Counted from the first letter of the stretch, positions 13,765 to 27,546 are shown. The stretch: 64,000 nucleotides of DNA from Amoebidium appalachense (GCA_963693365.1 CAVNZM010000003.1:10522488-10586487); one strand, 5' to 3'. Numbers and translations are program-made. Notes: a model not told the origin generated them from the letters alone.

Positions 13765-13803
<39 letters not shown>

Positions 13804-14255
13804 TGTCCACCTCTGTGACGGCCCTGTTTAAAGTGTTAATGGGGAACAGGATGGGGCAGGGCCCCAGGGGTTGCCTTTTTTTTTTTTTTTCTTTTTTTTT
13901 TTTGGTGTGTGTGGGAGGGGAGGGGGGGAGGGCTGGACGAAAGTTATATTAGATTCAAGGAGTTCGTGGGGCAAAGGGAATATATGTATGTGTACTACAC
14001 GAATACATACATGATCGCCAGTGCACACGCGTTAGGGCTTGCTTTCTCTCCCTGCCCCTCCTCTCCTGCCTACACACACACACCCACACATACACAGACA
14101 CACACACACGTGCACACACACACACAATATGAACAAAAACAAAAATCCCCCCCCCCCCCCCCCCCCCCCCCCCCTCACACCACAAAAAACAAAACAAAAA
14201 AAAAAAAAAAAAAAAAAAGCGCGCGCGCACACACACACACACACATACACACGGT

Positions 14256-14299
<44 letters not shown>

Positions 14300-14311
14300 T
14301 GCACAAACACG

Positions 14312-14350
<39 letters not shown>

Positions 14351-14773
14351 ACACACTTGCACACATTTGTTTTCCCTTCTGATCAGCTAAATTGAGGGTA
14401 CATTTATGAATGCACAGTGAACAATGGGGCTAAATTGGTATGTTCCGTGCCTGTGTGTACACAAACACGGGCATGTCTGAAGTCACACCAAGTAGAAGAG
14501 CAGACACATAACACAAGAGGGTATTTTGGGTTTCAGACAAGGTTGACAAGCGGCTCGCACATTGTTTTTCCACGTACGTGCGGTGGGTATTGGGCGCGGG
14601 GGGGGGGGGGGGGGGGGGGGGAAGGGGGGTACAGCCTCACTCCTGGTCGGCACAGGGCCCCAACAAACTCTGTTCGGCATTCAGAACGGTCAGACTGGTC
14701 AGAACGGTCAGACTGGAACGGTCAGACTGGCTCCTGGCTCTGGAATGATGGCAACGGTATGTGTAGTTGGGGC

Positions 14774-14812
<39 letters not shown>

Positions 14813-15388
14813 GCGCACACACAGAGAAACGCACGCACGCACACACGCACACAGACACAATCACACATTTTGAAACACACACATACACTAGAGCCAGTGT
14901 GCAAGTACATAAGCACAAACACTCGCAAGAAAATCAATAAATATAAAAGGCGAGGGAAAGAAAGGGAAAAAGAGAAAGGTATGCGTGCCACCATCCAACC
15001 CAGAACCAAAGAAGAAAAAATGAATGAATGAATGGTGGCACCAATAGCATTCAAACCCCAGCAACCACATAATACAGACTGAATATTGACACGCCACACC
15101 AACACATTGTCAACCACCCAACGGTGGATGTTTGTTTGTTGGGGATTTTTATAGTTAAATGTGTCGGGGTTGGTATACAGCCTAAGGTGTGCCGTTTGTG
15201 CGAATGTGAAGTTTGTGGGAGGGCTTTCAAGGAGAGAGGGGGCCAGGGGAAGGGCGGGGGGGGGGGGGGGGGTAGGCAATGATCATCGCAAACCTCAGCG
15301 GCCGGAAGTGCACTTACGATGCCTTTTTAAAGTCTAAAATATAGAGAATAAACATCTGTACATTTTCTCATCTCTGATGTAAAACGCT

Positions 15389-16348
15389 ATGCAGGGAAGG
15401 TCGGGCGGCTGGCAGACACTCTTTGGGCCCGTTCGCCCATTTGCGACCCGAAATGTGAAAGACACAGGCCAACACTACCGGGGAGTATATTGGAATGGTA
15501 AAAAGGGCAAATGGTGTGCAAACATAGGAAGGAAAATGTATGTCGGTTCCTACGAAAACAGTCGCACGGCTGCAAGGCTGCGGGATTTGGCCATTGATTT
15601 GTTGGTGCAGAAGGGGGTGTTGGCTCACCGATACCTGGATTCTAAAAATGTTAGCCTCGGGAATTTGCGTAAATTCAAACCGACAGCCGATGATTTGGAT
15701 TGGGCAGAGGAGTGGTGGGCCAAGAAAACAACAAAGACGAAATGGTCAGTGTACAGGGGCGTAACCTACAATATTGATTACATCCAAAAGCCGTGGCACG
15801 CGTTTTATTCGAAGGATGGTGTTTGTCATAACGGCGGGAACTATGCGACAGAAGTGGAGGCGGCACTTGCAAGGGACAAGGTGATACGTACTCTGGAGAT
15901 TTCAAAGCGAGAGAAACTAAGGCGCCTAAACTTCTATCTCCCTGGCGATTATTTGAGTGTCGAGGAAGCAGAGCAGGCGGGGTGCATAGGGGTGTCCTTC
16001 CACACAGCCAGATCCCATTTACCCAACCCTTACCAAGCGCTCGGAGTGGATAGAACTGTTTTGGGTGCCCCACAGAAATATCTCGGCTGCTTTGCCTCGG
16101 TCACCGAAGGAGGCCGGGCATACGATCGAGACGCACTGGCTGCATGGGCACAGCAAAACGGACCACGCGGCCCCCTGCCCCCAACCAACTTCTGTCCGAC
16201 CGAATACGGACACAAACTTCTGCCGCCACCAATCCACAACCCCACGATAGCAACCACAGACGAAGGCTCCGGTGGTGTTACGCATACCGCTGCCGACGAA
16301 CATTCCCAACCACATCATACCCTATGCCACCCAAGAAATTGGCGGTGA
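15389..16348 (+). CDS. Intronless protein with three AP2/ERF-like DNA-binding domains
   Basis: Three AP2-like repeats: YRGVYW..KW.A.I...YVGSYE..TAARLRD; YRGVT...W.A....GNYATEVEAALARD...LNF; IGVSF...KYLGCFASVTEGGRAYD...TNF. A 4-nt insertion near 16335 truncates a disordered tail that runs to 16535 in the frame of copy 1. Confidence 0.8.
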   Translation: MQGRSGGWQTLFGPVRPFATRNVKDTGQHYRGVYWNGKKGKWCANIGRKMYVGSYENSRTAARLRDLAIDLLVQKGVLAHRYLDSKNVSLGNLRKFKPTADDLDWAEEWWAKKTTKTKWSVYRGVTYNIDYIQKPWHAFYSKDGVCHNGGNYATEVEAALARDKVIRTLEISKREKLRRLNFYLPGDYLSVEEAEQAGCIGVSFHTARSHLPNPYQALGVDRTVLGAPQKYLGCFASVTEGGRAYDRDALAAWAQQNGPRGPLPPTNFCPTEYGHKLLPPPIHNPTIATTDEGSGGVTHTAADEHSQPHHTLCHPRNWR

Positions 16349-16748
16349 TGCCAACAATTCACCTCAAAGCAACAGGCAGGCTAAATCGACTCCACAGAGC
16401 AACAGCAACGACGGCACATTTGCTGTTGGTGACGTCACTGACCGGAATGATGACGACGTGGCGGGACAACACAACTCCCACTCGGATGCAAACGTTCACT
16501 TTCAGGCAGGGGTGGGGCAGAAAAGAATGGTTTAAGTGTGGTAGGTGGTCAGATACGTATACAGAGGTGGGCCCCGGGGACACATAAGGTACTCTTATAG
16601 AAGGTCCTAATTGTATAGACCGGAGAGAAAAGAAGGTGGTTTGTGGACACTGATCATTCACCGGGGTGGCGGTTACTAGCTGTATGTACATGTGTATATG
16701 TGCAATGTGTCATTGATTAGGGGTACATATTGCTCTCCCTCTCCTTTT

Positions 16749-16834
<86 letters not shown>

Positions 16835-16863
16835 TGCACCGTGTGTGTGTGTGTGTTTGTGCA

Positions 16864-16915
<52 letters not shown>

Positions 16916-17505
16916 ACCGTGTGTATGTGTGTGTGTGTGCGCGCACGCTTTTTTTTGTTTTTTGTTTTTTGTTTTTTGTGGTGTGAGGGGGGGGGGGGGG
17001 GGGGTTGTTTTTGTTCATATTTTTTTTGCTGATGTATGATTGTGCGGTGGTAAGCCGAATATTGTTATTGTGGTCACGGCTGGTCACATTAAACAAAGGT
17101 GCTCTGTTAGCCACAGGCAGGTATTGATAACCTGATAGCTTTGTATTTGATCAATACATGCATTTATATGCATACAGTGTGACCTAGCTTTTGTACTTGA
17201 TCAACTGCATGCATTCATGGGGGGTTTACGCTTTTTACTCAAGGCAAAGAGAGACCATGGCCAGTCTTAGGTATGGAGTTTTTGCTAGGTATATCCCTTC
17301 AGCGCGTTAATATGCATACCGGGCAAGCACGTGTAATGGTAACTCATCTTTATTAAAGATCTGCAGCTTATTTCTGTCTGTCCAGAGCTAGTAATTGCAA
17401 CTACCTGTGACAAATGATGTGCAGTAATCGACGTCACTTTAACTAAAGTCTGGCTATGTATGGCAAATTGGCAACCTGTTGTATTCATTGTACTTGGGTC
17501 CGGAG

Positions 17506-17572
<67 letters not shown>

Positions 17573-17972
17573 ACATTCCCTGGCATGTACACACACCATG
17601 TGAAGCCATGCACTTGAGCCATGTGGACACTATTGATCCAAAAAGTGATATGATGTGTGATATGTACACTCTCTCTCGGCAACATATCTCTTTTGCCCCG
17701 TCCCCCCCCCCCCCCCCCCCCCCCCCCTCTCTCTCCTCCCCTTTCTCTCTCCCTCCCTGTGCTTCTCCCTCCCTCTCTCTCCAACTCCCGAGACTCTTTC
17801 CCCGCCCGTTTTCTTTCCCTCCCTCGCTCTCTCTCCTCTCTCGCTCTCTTGCTGTTTCCCTCGTTCTCTATTATAGAACTCTCTCTCTCTCTCTCCCGTT
17901 TTTTTCTAGAGCTCTGTCCCTCTCACTCCCTCCCTCCCTCCCTCTCCCTCTCTCTCTGCAGTGTCTCTCTCT

Positions 17973-18018
<46 letters not shown>

Positions 18019-18104
18019 CCTCCCCCCCCCCCCCCCCCCGCCCCGCCCCTCTCTCTCTTTCTCTCCCTTTCTCTCATGGTCTATCTCTCCTTAGAGCTCT
18101 CTGT

Positions 18105-18135
<31 letters not shown>

Positions 18136-19265
18136 CTCTCTCTCTCTCCCTCACTCCCCCTCCCTTCCCCCACCCCCCTCCCCCCCCCCCTCCCCTCCCC
18201 CTCTGCCCCCCGCCCCCCCCCTCTCTCTCTATCTCCCTCCCCCCCCCCCCCCCCCCCCCGCCCCCTCCCCCCTTCCCCCTTCCCCCCTCCCCCTTCTCCT
18301 GTCTCTAGAGATCTCCCTTCCTCACTTTCATTTTCCGCGTCTGTGCGTGTGTGCTTGTACGCATCACTCTGGAAGACTCGCTGCTGCTGGCTGGCCCACG
18401 TGGTTTTCTACAGTTAACCTTCAGACTGAAAATATCATATGCAAGCTAAAACAAACTGATTACGAGTTTAGAGTATGCATGTTTCCGGTATATACGGTAC
18501 CCAAACGGATGACGGCGCAAAGCAAACGGGTTTGCGGTCGATCCTGCTGGTCGACCCCCTTCCATGTTTTTGCCATTGCCCATCATCGATCATTTTCCCG
18601 CAATTTTTCTTTGACGTTAGATAAGCCATCGCCAGTGCGCCGGGCCGGGGCACTGGCCTGGGCCCGCCCCATGGCCAAGAGCTGGCGTCGCACTGCACAC
18701 CTAGGCCTGTGAGTGCGCGCCCGAAAGCCTTACAAAAAGATATGATGATGAGCGCAGTATTTGTGGTGAGCAAGCAGAGTACAAGTGAACTGTGTGATTT
18801 TCGACATACTGATCCAGTAAGGGCCTGCCCCCCCTCCCCCCCCTCCCCCCTCCCTCCCCCTCCACACACCACCCCCACCCCCTCCCCTCCTCCCCCTCAT
18901 CTCCCCCCTCCCCCCCTCTCTCTCTCTCCCCCCCCCCCCCTCTCTCTCCCCTTCCCCGCCTCCACCCCCTCCGTCCTCTCCCTCTCCTACCCCGCCGCTC
19001 CCTTATCCAACCCCTTTCCGCTCTTCTCCGCGCACAAACACAATGCACACATGATTCCTTTGTTTGCCTCTACCTTGCACAAAAAAGAATCCATCTGGTC
19101 TAGCTCAAACCATAATCATTGTTTTTCTTATATTTTACGAATATAAGTAATTCGATTACACACACAGCAAAATGGCCGTGGTAATTCTTTCTGTCCTGGC
19201 TGTCTCTGCCCTTGTGCATGCAGCCCATTTCCGCCTCCTCTCCCCCCCCCCCCCCCCCTCCCCCC

Positions 19266-19296
<31 letters not shown>

Positions 19297-19740
19297 ACCC
19301 CTCCCCAGTGTTACAGTAAGTCAGTAAAAGCTACATACCCTACCCACTTGAGTTCTAACCCTGTTTTGTGAACTTCGTTTCGGAGTTGCTTCGTCCTATA
19401 AGAACCTTTTTTTCTATTGCAAATGTGGGCCAATCATAACTTAATAAAGAACCAGATTATACATAGTCATATTGCACGGCAAAAGCACATCACAGATAGG
19501 TCGAGACTTTCAAACTTTGCCGATATTCAATAAGTAGCACGTTTTTGTATGGTACACTGCCATACTTGGGGGAAAACACCACATGCCCACGTTCTTCATG
19601 CACTGCGCATGCCAGCTGTGCTCCTCTGTCAGGGTACCTGGTGTGCGTGTGTGTATATTTATGTCACCGTGTGTGTGTGTGTGCGTGTGTGTGCGTGCGC
19701 GCACGCATGTGTGTGTGTGCGTGCGCGCACGTACGTGTGT

Positions 19741-19870
<130 letters not shown>

Positions 19871-20229
19871 TCGTGTGTGTGTGTGTTCGTGTGTGTGTGG
19901 AGGGGTGGGGGGGGGGGGGGTTATGGCCTCTGTGGGCATGTGTGTGCACAGGAGGAGGAGGGGACCCCGAGGAGGGGCACAGGAAGAATTTGCATCAGAA
20001 ACTGTCCAACTGTTTGTGTTTGTATTCAAGGATTAATAAAGATATTCTTTCAAGTGTGAGAGAAGGGAGAGGTGCTCAAAGTTTAGAACTCGGAGGATGT
20101 GAGAAGAAGGTACACATGGTGGGGAGGAGGGGGAGAGGGGGAAGCTTTGGGGACTCTGTGGGGGGGGGGGGGGGGGGGGGGGGTATTAGGCCAAGTTGAT
20201 ATAATGGTGCAACTTCTGATGCATGACTT

Positions 20230-21125
20230 GTGCCCAATGAGCGAACTGCAAGCTGCTCCGTGGCCTAGCACTCTGTCACATTACCTCCCCCCTTGCTGAT
20301 AGGCTGAAAATCAGTCACTTACCCCCCCCGGGCGGGGGGGGGGGGGAGGGGGGATGTAGCTATGTAGTTTTTTTTGTTATTATAAATGTGGGAGAGGTGG
20401 CGGGTCGGAGTATTTGACCCCTTTTGTGTGGGTAGATGTGTTTTTCTTCTCTTCTCTTCTTTTGTTTTCTTCCTTTCTTCCTTCCTTTCTCTTTTGTTCG
20501 TTTTTCTTTTTTGTTCTTTTCTTTCCTTTTGGGGGGGGGAGGGGATACAGTGGCTGGTTTTGTTTGTTGGCAGCTCGTGCGGAGATTGACAAAAGAAAAT
20601 GTTACTAAGTGACTAGTTTGAGTGTACGGAAGTTGGATGGAGGGAAGGGCCACAGTGGTTGGAGCATAAGGAATACATATGTAACTCTGGAAATTCCTGA
20701 GATCAAAACGAATATTAGATCAATATGGACTTCAATCTATGGCTGCAAAAAAGTCCATTGAGACGAAGGTTAACAGAGAGGTGGTAAATGTAGAGCAGCA
20801 AGGCTAAGAGTGGAAACGTGAAAAGCGAAAGAGCGGGGAGTTAGGGGGATGGGGAGAGAATGAAGGTGTGCATCTGGGTGTGTGTGTGGTAGGACCGGGG
20901 GGAGGGGGGAGGGGGGATGGTGGCAAGGGGAAGGAGGGGAGGGGAGGGGGGGGGGGGGGGGGGAGGGGGGGAGGGCGGATTTCTCAAGAATTGTTTATCA
21001 CACGGGGGTCAAATATACGACAAAAGCGTGATTTTTAGTTTGAATTGGAAGGAGAAGTGTTGAGACTGGCGAATGTGTGATTGGTGGGCACGTGTTCGTT
21101 TACGTGTGTTTGTCGGGGGTGGGGG

Positions 21126-21158
<33 letters not shown>

Positions 21159-22620
21159 GGGGGAGGGGAAGTCGGGCGTTGTTTTTCTCATTCTTTTCTT
21201 TCTTACATACTTCTTTTTTTTTTTTGTGTGTGTGTGTGTGTGTATGTGTGAGAGGGGGGGGGGGGGGGGGGGGGGGAGGTTGGCGGTAAGAAGGGTGGTA
21301 TTGGTTGGTTGAGGGGAAGAAGGAAGCACGCGGGAAGAAGAGGGCGATGTGTGTGTATGTAGGGGAGGGGGGAGAAGGAACCCCTCGGCGAGAAGATGGG
21401 GATGTGTGTGTATGTGGGCCCCGGGGGAGGGGGGGGGGGAGGGTGAAGGGGGGGTGGGGGGGTGAGAGAAGGGGGGGGGAGAAGGGGGGGGGGGGGGGGG
21501 AAGGAGTTCAGGTGGTTTTCTACTGCGGAAGACTCCGTGCAGGCGATTGGGTAGAGTGTGTGTGTGGGGGTGGGGGGATGGAAAAGGGAAAAGGGAGGGG
21601 GTGGGGGGCAGGGAGGGGGGAGGAGGGTGTAGGAGTATTCGGATATTGGAAGCAAAGGAGAGGGCGAGGGGCAAGTATTCGTCGATCTTTAAGTTTTCGA
21701 TTTTCCTTTCTTTTCTTTTTTTTTTAGTGTGCATACACGCGTATGATGATCTTATGGTGTGAGGAACGGTGGGGAACGGCGGATGGGGTTGAGGGGAGAT
21801 ATCGGGAAGGAGAGGGGGGGGGGGGGAGGGGAGGGGGAGGGGGAGGGGGGGAGGGGGGAGGGGGAGGGGGGGGGGGGAGAAGGGAGGGGGGGGGGGGGGG
21901 TGAGAAAAGGGGGAGTCTTACCCAAGCCAATAGTTTCAAGTACGGATGAGATGGGTGGTGGTGGTGGGGGGAGGGGGGGGGGGAGGGGGGGAAGAGGGGG
22001 GAGGGGGGGGGGGGGGGGGAGGGGGGAGACAATAAGCACCAAATGCTGAAATGACCCGTATTTGGGGAAGCCAGGAAAATGGTTTCAAAAGAGATAATTT
22101 AAAGTAACAGAAAGGGTTTAAAATGCCGGGAGAAGTGCAGATTGTGTGTGGGGGGGGGGGAGGGGGGTGTTGGGGGGGGGGGGGGGGGGGGTTGCAAGTT
22201 GGTGATTGGAGGGGTGAGGTTATCATGCCAAGTCAGTGATAAGAGCTTAATGGTGCCGGCATAGGTAAGAAAGAACCTTTAACCTGTGAAGCATGATTTT
22301 TGTCCAATGAGAGAGCTGAACTGCTCCGTGGCCTAGCACTCTGTCACATGACCTCCTCCCTTGGTGATTGGGCAAAAATCAGTCATTTATGGGGCCCCGG
22401 GAGGAAGGGAGGGGTGGAGAGCGGGGGAGAGGGGGGGGTATGTAGCTATGAAATTGTTCACTATTTTGTTTTGTTCTTTTTTTTTTTTAAAAGCAGGTGT
22501 GGGTGCAGGTCGGAGTGTTTGATCTCGTGTGTGTGGATAGATGGGATTTCTTTTCTTTCTGTTTTCTTTTCTTCCTTCTTTCATCTCTTTCTTTCCTTTT
22601 CATTTTTCTTTTTTTTCTTT
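20230..22620 (+). repeat. Dispersed duplicated segment (about 20230-20530 and 22300-22620)
   Basis: Shared CTGCTCCGTGGCCTAGCACTCTGTCACA and AAAATCAGTCA blocks with colinear downstream motifs. Confidence 0.7.
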
Positions 22621-22790
22621 CCTTTTTTTGGGGGGGGGGAGGGGGGGAAGGGGGGGAGAGGGGAGGGGGGATGGAGGGGGAGGGGGGGGGGGGGGGAGGG
22701 GGGGGCGTGAGGAGCGAGGGGAGGGTGGGGAGGGGGGGGGGGGGGAGGGAAGGAGGGGGGGATGGGGGGGGAGAGCATAGAGCCGAATAG

Positions 22791-24330
22791 TGTTAAATTA
22801 TATAAGTATTTGGGACAGAAGCAGAGACACAGTGGTGCAGTGTGAAAACACCACAGACACAACAACAAAACACGGAACGATCGGAGCAGTGTACACAACA
22901 GACATCAATGTTTAGACACGACTCAACTAAATTTATTTCGATCTCGTATATATACTCGAAATTCCCTTAAGTCAAATCCATCCGTGATATTCCGACCAGT
23001 CGGAAATCAAATCTGTCTCTAAAAGAAACCAATCACTAAGAACTGATTACTTTCAGAGAGATCCGGTAGGCGGATATGTACACGATAGGATACAGACACC
23101 AGCTAAGATCAACTCGTGTCATTATCAAGGAAGTGAGGGGAAGTTCTAACCGATGACACACTGCAAAGACTCAGACATACTACACTTAACCTTGATGATT
23201 GGTTAAAGTCCGGCAACACATGAAAACTAAACTTGAAGTAAATTATTGAAGTCTAATCACACATGTTATTCTAAGTGTAGCCTAAGTGTGTTACCGTCCA
23301 ATCAACACATATTAAGTAACATAAATCTACCTAACATATATTAGTAGAAAAGAAATACGATTATACACACGAAGACAAGGAGAGAAAGAAAAGAAAATAA
23401 GGAAGGAGAAAGAGAAAGGAGAAGAGAGCACAGATCAACAAACAAGATAGTAATAGTATAACTATACCTAGAGATATTTATGTACACACGAACATGTACA
23501 CGTCTCTCCCTGAGTGGGTGGATCCGTGTACACACATATAAATATTCTAATCGATATTACAATACACGATTAAAGCCGATACAATACGATTACAAGTATA
23601 CAGGCATATCGGAGATCGATGCTACACTTTACATAATAGGAGTGTGGCATTTATTCTAAGCATATGAACTGAAACATAACACAAACTGAAAAGATCTTAC
23701 CTAAAGTAGATACTACGTACTACAACATCCCCACTTAAGACGTTGAAGTTTGTGTTATCATATCCCCACTGAACTAGTGAAATCTCCCCACTTGAGAACA
23801 GAAACGAAAAATTAAAGTGTGTGGGTTCCCCGGGGGGAGGGGGGGGGGGGGGGGGGGGGGGGGGAAGGGGGGGCAAAAACAACGAAGACCCACAACGACG
23901 GTTGTTGGGATGTTACTAACTGGGTTTTAAACCGGTGAAAGATAGAGTAGACTCGGGGTACAGGTCAAACCATATATAAAAACCCTAGGTGGGCATACCC
24001 ACAAAGGCAATATATATATGAAATAATGATGGTGGAAGACTCCAGATCTTGATGTTAAAATTCACACACAAATTTAAAGTCCACAAACAAAGTCCACAAG
24101 TGGGTGGTTAAACCCGAAGACAACCTCCAGAAAGAAAGCACGATAAAGTCCCCACTGATGTTGAAGAGGACTAAGACAACAAGGACGAAGTAGTAATCAT
24201 TCCAGCCGGGAGGCAGTGTAGGTGCATCTGCTGTCCAGGGCCCCGGTCGTAGTAGAAGACCACAAGTGAAGGAAGACGGTTCAATCAACAATGTCCGGCA
24301 CACAAAGTCGGGCACGATGGGTGAAGTGGC
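22791..24330 (-). mobile_element. 5'-truncated Copia family-1 relative (3' LTR 22791-23727, PPT, 3' UTR, last pol codons)
   Basis: Reverse complement of the LTR and UTR of the 1802 element. Pol C-terminus HRARLCVPDIVD at about 24282-24325. About 230 bp of unrelated sequence replaces part of the UTR (24030-24265). Confidence 0.9.
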
Positions 24331-24363
<33 letters not shown>

Positions 24364-24934
24364 GGGGGGGGGGGGGGGAGGGGGGGGGGAGGGGGGGGGG
24401 GGGGGGGGGGAGGAGGGGAGGGGGGGGAGGGGGGGAGGGGGGGGGGAGATTAGCCCGGTTGTTTTGCAAGGTGAGAAGCACAATTTCTCAGGTCACGTGC
24501 ACTGGGATGTTGGAACATATTTCTAGTATTTATTTTGCAATTGGTGGCAACCACACAGTGACTGTTTCGTGTTTATTCCGGTGAGGTGATATACAGTGAG
24601 GTGATAGAATACCGTAACAGTCTGCCATACCCGGTAGACAGAAGATTTCAGGGGACCCTCGTGCTCGGTACTGTATGCACTCAGCTAAATTGTCGTTGCG
24701 CTTTGTGTTATTTGCAGTGCATTCATTCGATGTAATTAATCATGGGTTTCAAGTAGATCGGTGTTATCGCTGTACATATATCAGCAGCTGAATTCATGAA
24801 AGAGTGTGCGGCAATACGCGGCGTGCTCGCAACGGTATGCAGCAGGGCAGAAATCCATTCGCAGATTTGGAGTGTGCACACGTGTGGATGCACATGTGTG
24901 TAGCTGTACATACTGGCACATGTACGAGGGCCGT

Positions 24935-25012
24935 TTAGCGGTCACCAATCTGCTTCTTGGCTGCGCGCACCACCACACGAACAAGGCGGATGATCAGGCG
25001 AACGGGGACCAT
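24935..25012 (-). CDS. Cationic amphipathic micropeptide, copy 1: MVPVRLIIRLVRVVVRAAKKQIGDR
   Basis: First 20 codons encode the same residues as 32038-32127 with 5 synonymous differences. TATATAAAC upstream (25075-25083) and AATAAA downstream (24572-24577). Confidence 0.7.
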   Translation of the reverse strand: MVPVRLIIRLVRVVVRAAKKQIGDR

Positions 25013-25713
25013 CTTCGCGTTTTGTTTGAGGTGATTGTCAAAGTTCAACTGAAGGCAAACTGAGGTCGCTGCCTGTTTATATACGTGCTACTTCAAAAGC
25101 ACGCCTGGTGCCATAAGTTGAACATTGTCGATTTCCATTGGCGTAAAAGTTGTTTATTGAAACTTTGTTGAAAGTTTGTTCCCAGATCTAGATGACAGAT
25201 GGCCGTTACACTACGATCACAAATGTCACTAATTAGAAGTCTTTTTTCACGATCTTTTTTTTTTTTTTTTTAAAAAAAAAACGTTCAATAGCTTATATAC
25301 GGTTCTACTGACGTTTTCGAAGCACATATATTGTTGCAGTAAGAGTAACAGTACTAAGTGCACGCGCCGGCGGACGACTCACCGAGGGGGCGACCGACAT
25401 TCCGGGATAAAGAAAGCCAATTGTTTCATTATTGTACAACATTCCATTGCAAGATCACGATCACACATTCCAACCCAGATCTGCCGCGACCCGAACACTG
25501 TGGTGACATCTAGATATGCAAAGTCAGACAGACAAGCGCAGAAGACGTCGCTTGTGCTTTCCACCGGATCCGAAGCACTTCGAGTTTCGATATTATCACA
25601 GTGTAGCCTGCACATTAGAATACATATCTACACAGCTCCACCAACATACGCCCTATTGGCTACATACCATAACTTGCTAACTTGCTGGCAATTTATCAGC
25701 CAAACTTTGAAAA

Positions 25714-26198
25714 ATGGTGGTACCTGTTCGCCTGATTGTTCGCGCTTGCAAGCGTGTCGTCCACATGGCCAAAGGTGCCGCAGGCAGTGCGTCCTCACAA
25801 GGAAAAGCCACACCTTCCCAAAAAAGTTGTATTATTAACCATCAAGAAAATAGGCAGGCATTCAGCTCTACGGATGCACCCACAAATGGTGAAGATTTTG
25901 TTTTTGTAGAGTCCAACACATCGACACCGAGAGGACTTGAAGCCACAACGAAGCCACCACAGTCAGAACACACTGCCTCGCGTATCTCCAGTAGTGAAAG
26001 TGAACCAGCGAGAGACGATTATGTTCCTAAACCAAGAGTTCCCGTTTACCGGAAAAGAACTCGTGCTCAGTTCGCAGCTAGAGCGCAAATTCATGAAGAG
26101 AGCGACCAGGGTAAGGTTGAAACGTGCGAAATGCCCTTGTTGTTGATTCTAGTTTGGTAGCGGAGCTTCAGAAAATGAAATGTACCTATGTGAATTAG
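25714..26198 (+). CDS. Divergent partner of the micropeptide (about 160 aa, disordered, basic YRKRTR patch), 1-nt frameshift near the C-terminus
   Basis: ORF MVVPVRLIVRACKRVVHMAKG... Comparison with 49193-49741 shows synonymous changes in the frame DSSLVAELQKMKCTYVN*, implying a 1-nt deletion near 26140. Confidence 0.55.
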
Positions 26199-27296
26199 AG
26201 AATCAGTAGCAAAACATTCTCTATGATCATGAAATGGCAGCTGCAGACCTATCTGTGCCGCAGCGAACTTATCACTTGTACATATGCATAATAATATTTG
26301 TGTCCTTCCTCCTGCACACGATCATACGATAATATTCCTCAAATGCAATGTGCCTACCTTAGCATAATTTCAACGTTCTGTTCCCTCCCCATGCCGCTAC
26401 ATTGGTTGGGTCCCGGTCCCCCGATCATTAATACTACAAAAACACACAAGACATCTTTGTACAATTTCTGTGAAATGTATTATCAATAAATAAAGCAAAA
26501 CTTTTAATTCTAAACCAGCACATTGTCAACATTTCTCTAGTGCGAATAGTTGCCCCCCCCCCCCCCCCCCCCCCTCTTAACCTCGTGCCCTACGCTGTCA
26601 CGAGCGATATCCTTCTCTGCCCACTTTGGCCTCCCCCCCCCCCCTCTCCACCCTCCCCCCATCCTCTCCCCCTCTTACCGCACCCCTACCCTTCAAGTCC
26701 ACCCCACTCCCGACCTCCCCACCCCTTCAGCTCAAGCCCCAGCCTCCTTCAGCTGACGTGGATGTTAATATCATTCAGATGGAAATGTGATGCCGGTGTT
26801 GCAAAAGGGCCGATATGATCTGAGTGTAGACGGAAGGATGCTGCTGGGAGGGAAACACTGGCTGACTACTGGGTATAGATAGGAACTTGAGAGATGTTTA
26901 TGGTGATGAACTCATGAGTGGCCACTGCATGTAGGTCATGGATTGATGGCGGTTGACGTGTTGGCACGTGGGTAGAGGCGGAAGGGGGATCTCTCTAGAG
27001 GGGGGAGGGGAGGGGGAGGGGGGGGGGGGGAGGGAGGTAGGGGGAGGGGGGGGGGGAGGGCTTGTTTTTGATTACACTCGATTATTAAACGATCCTTTGG
27101 TAAGAGTGTCCATATTGTGTATTGTAATGTGTTCATAACTACTGAAACGCTCACATACCAAGCATGACCATGAATCCATGCATATGCATATACATGATAT
27201 GCAACATTTTAATAATGACGAAGTTAGTGGGAACCTTCATACGGAGGCAGGCCGGCACCCACCCAATGTGACTCGTCTCCCACAACCACACATGCC

Positions 27297-27546
<250 letters not shown>

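Larger units (their letters stand above)
13163..19100 (+). repeat. Segmental tandem duplication: second copy of 1-1801 plus 8532-about 11900
   Basis: Position 1 aligns to 13163, about 9790 to 16730, about 11300-11830 to 18390-19070. Unique blocks are conserved while microsatellites vary. Right boundary approximate. Confidence 0.85.

Noticed and set aside
24554-24560. CACAGTG as an RSS heptamer or Transib terminus (also near 31669)
   Set aside because: No nonamer, inverted partner or TSD. It sits in the conserved element just downstream of the micropeptide poly(A) signal.
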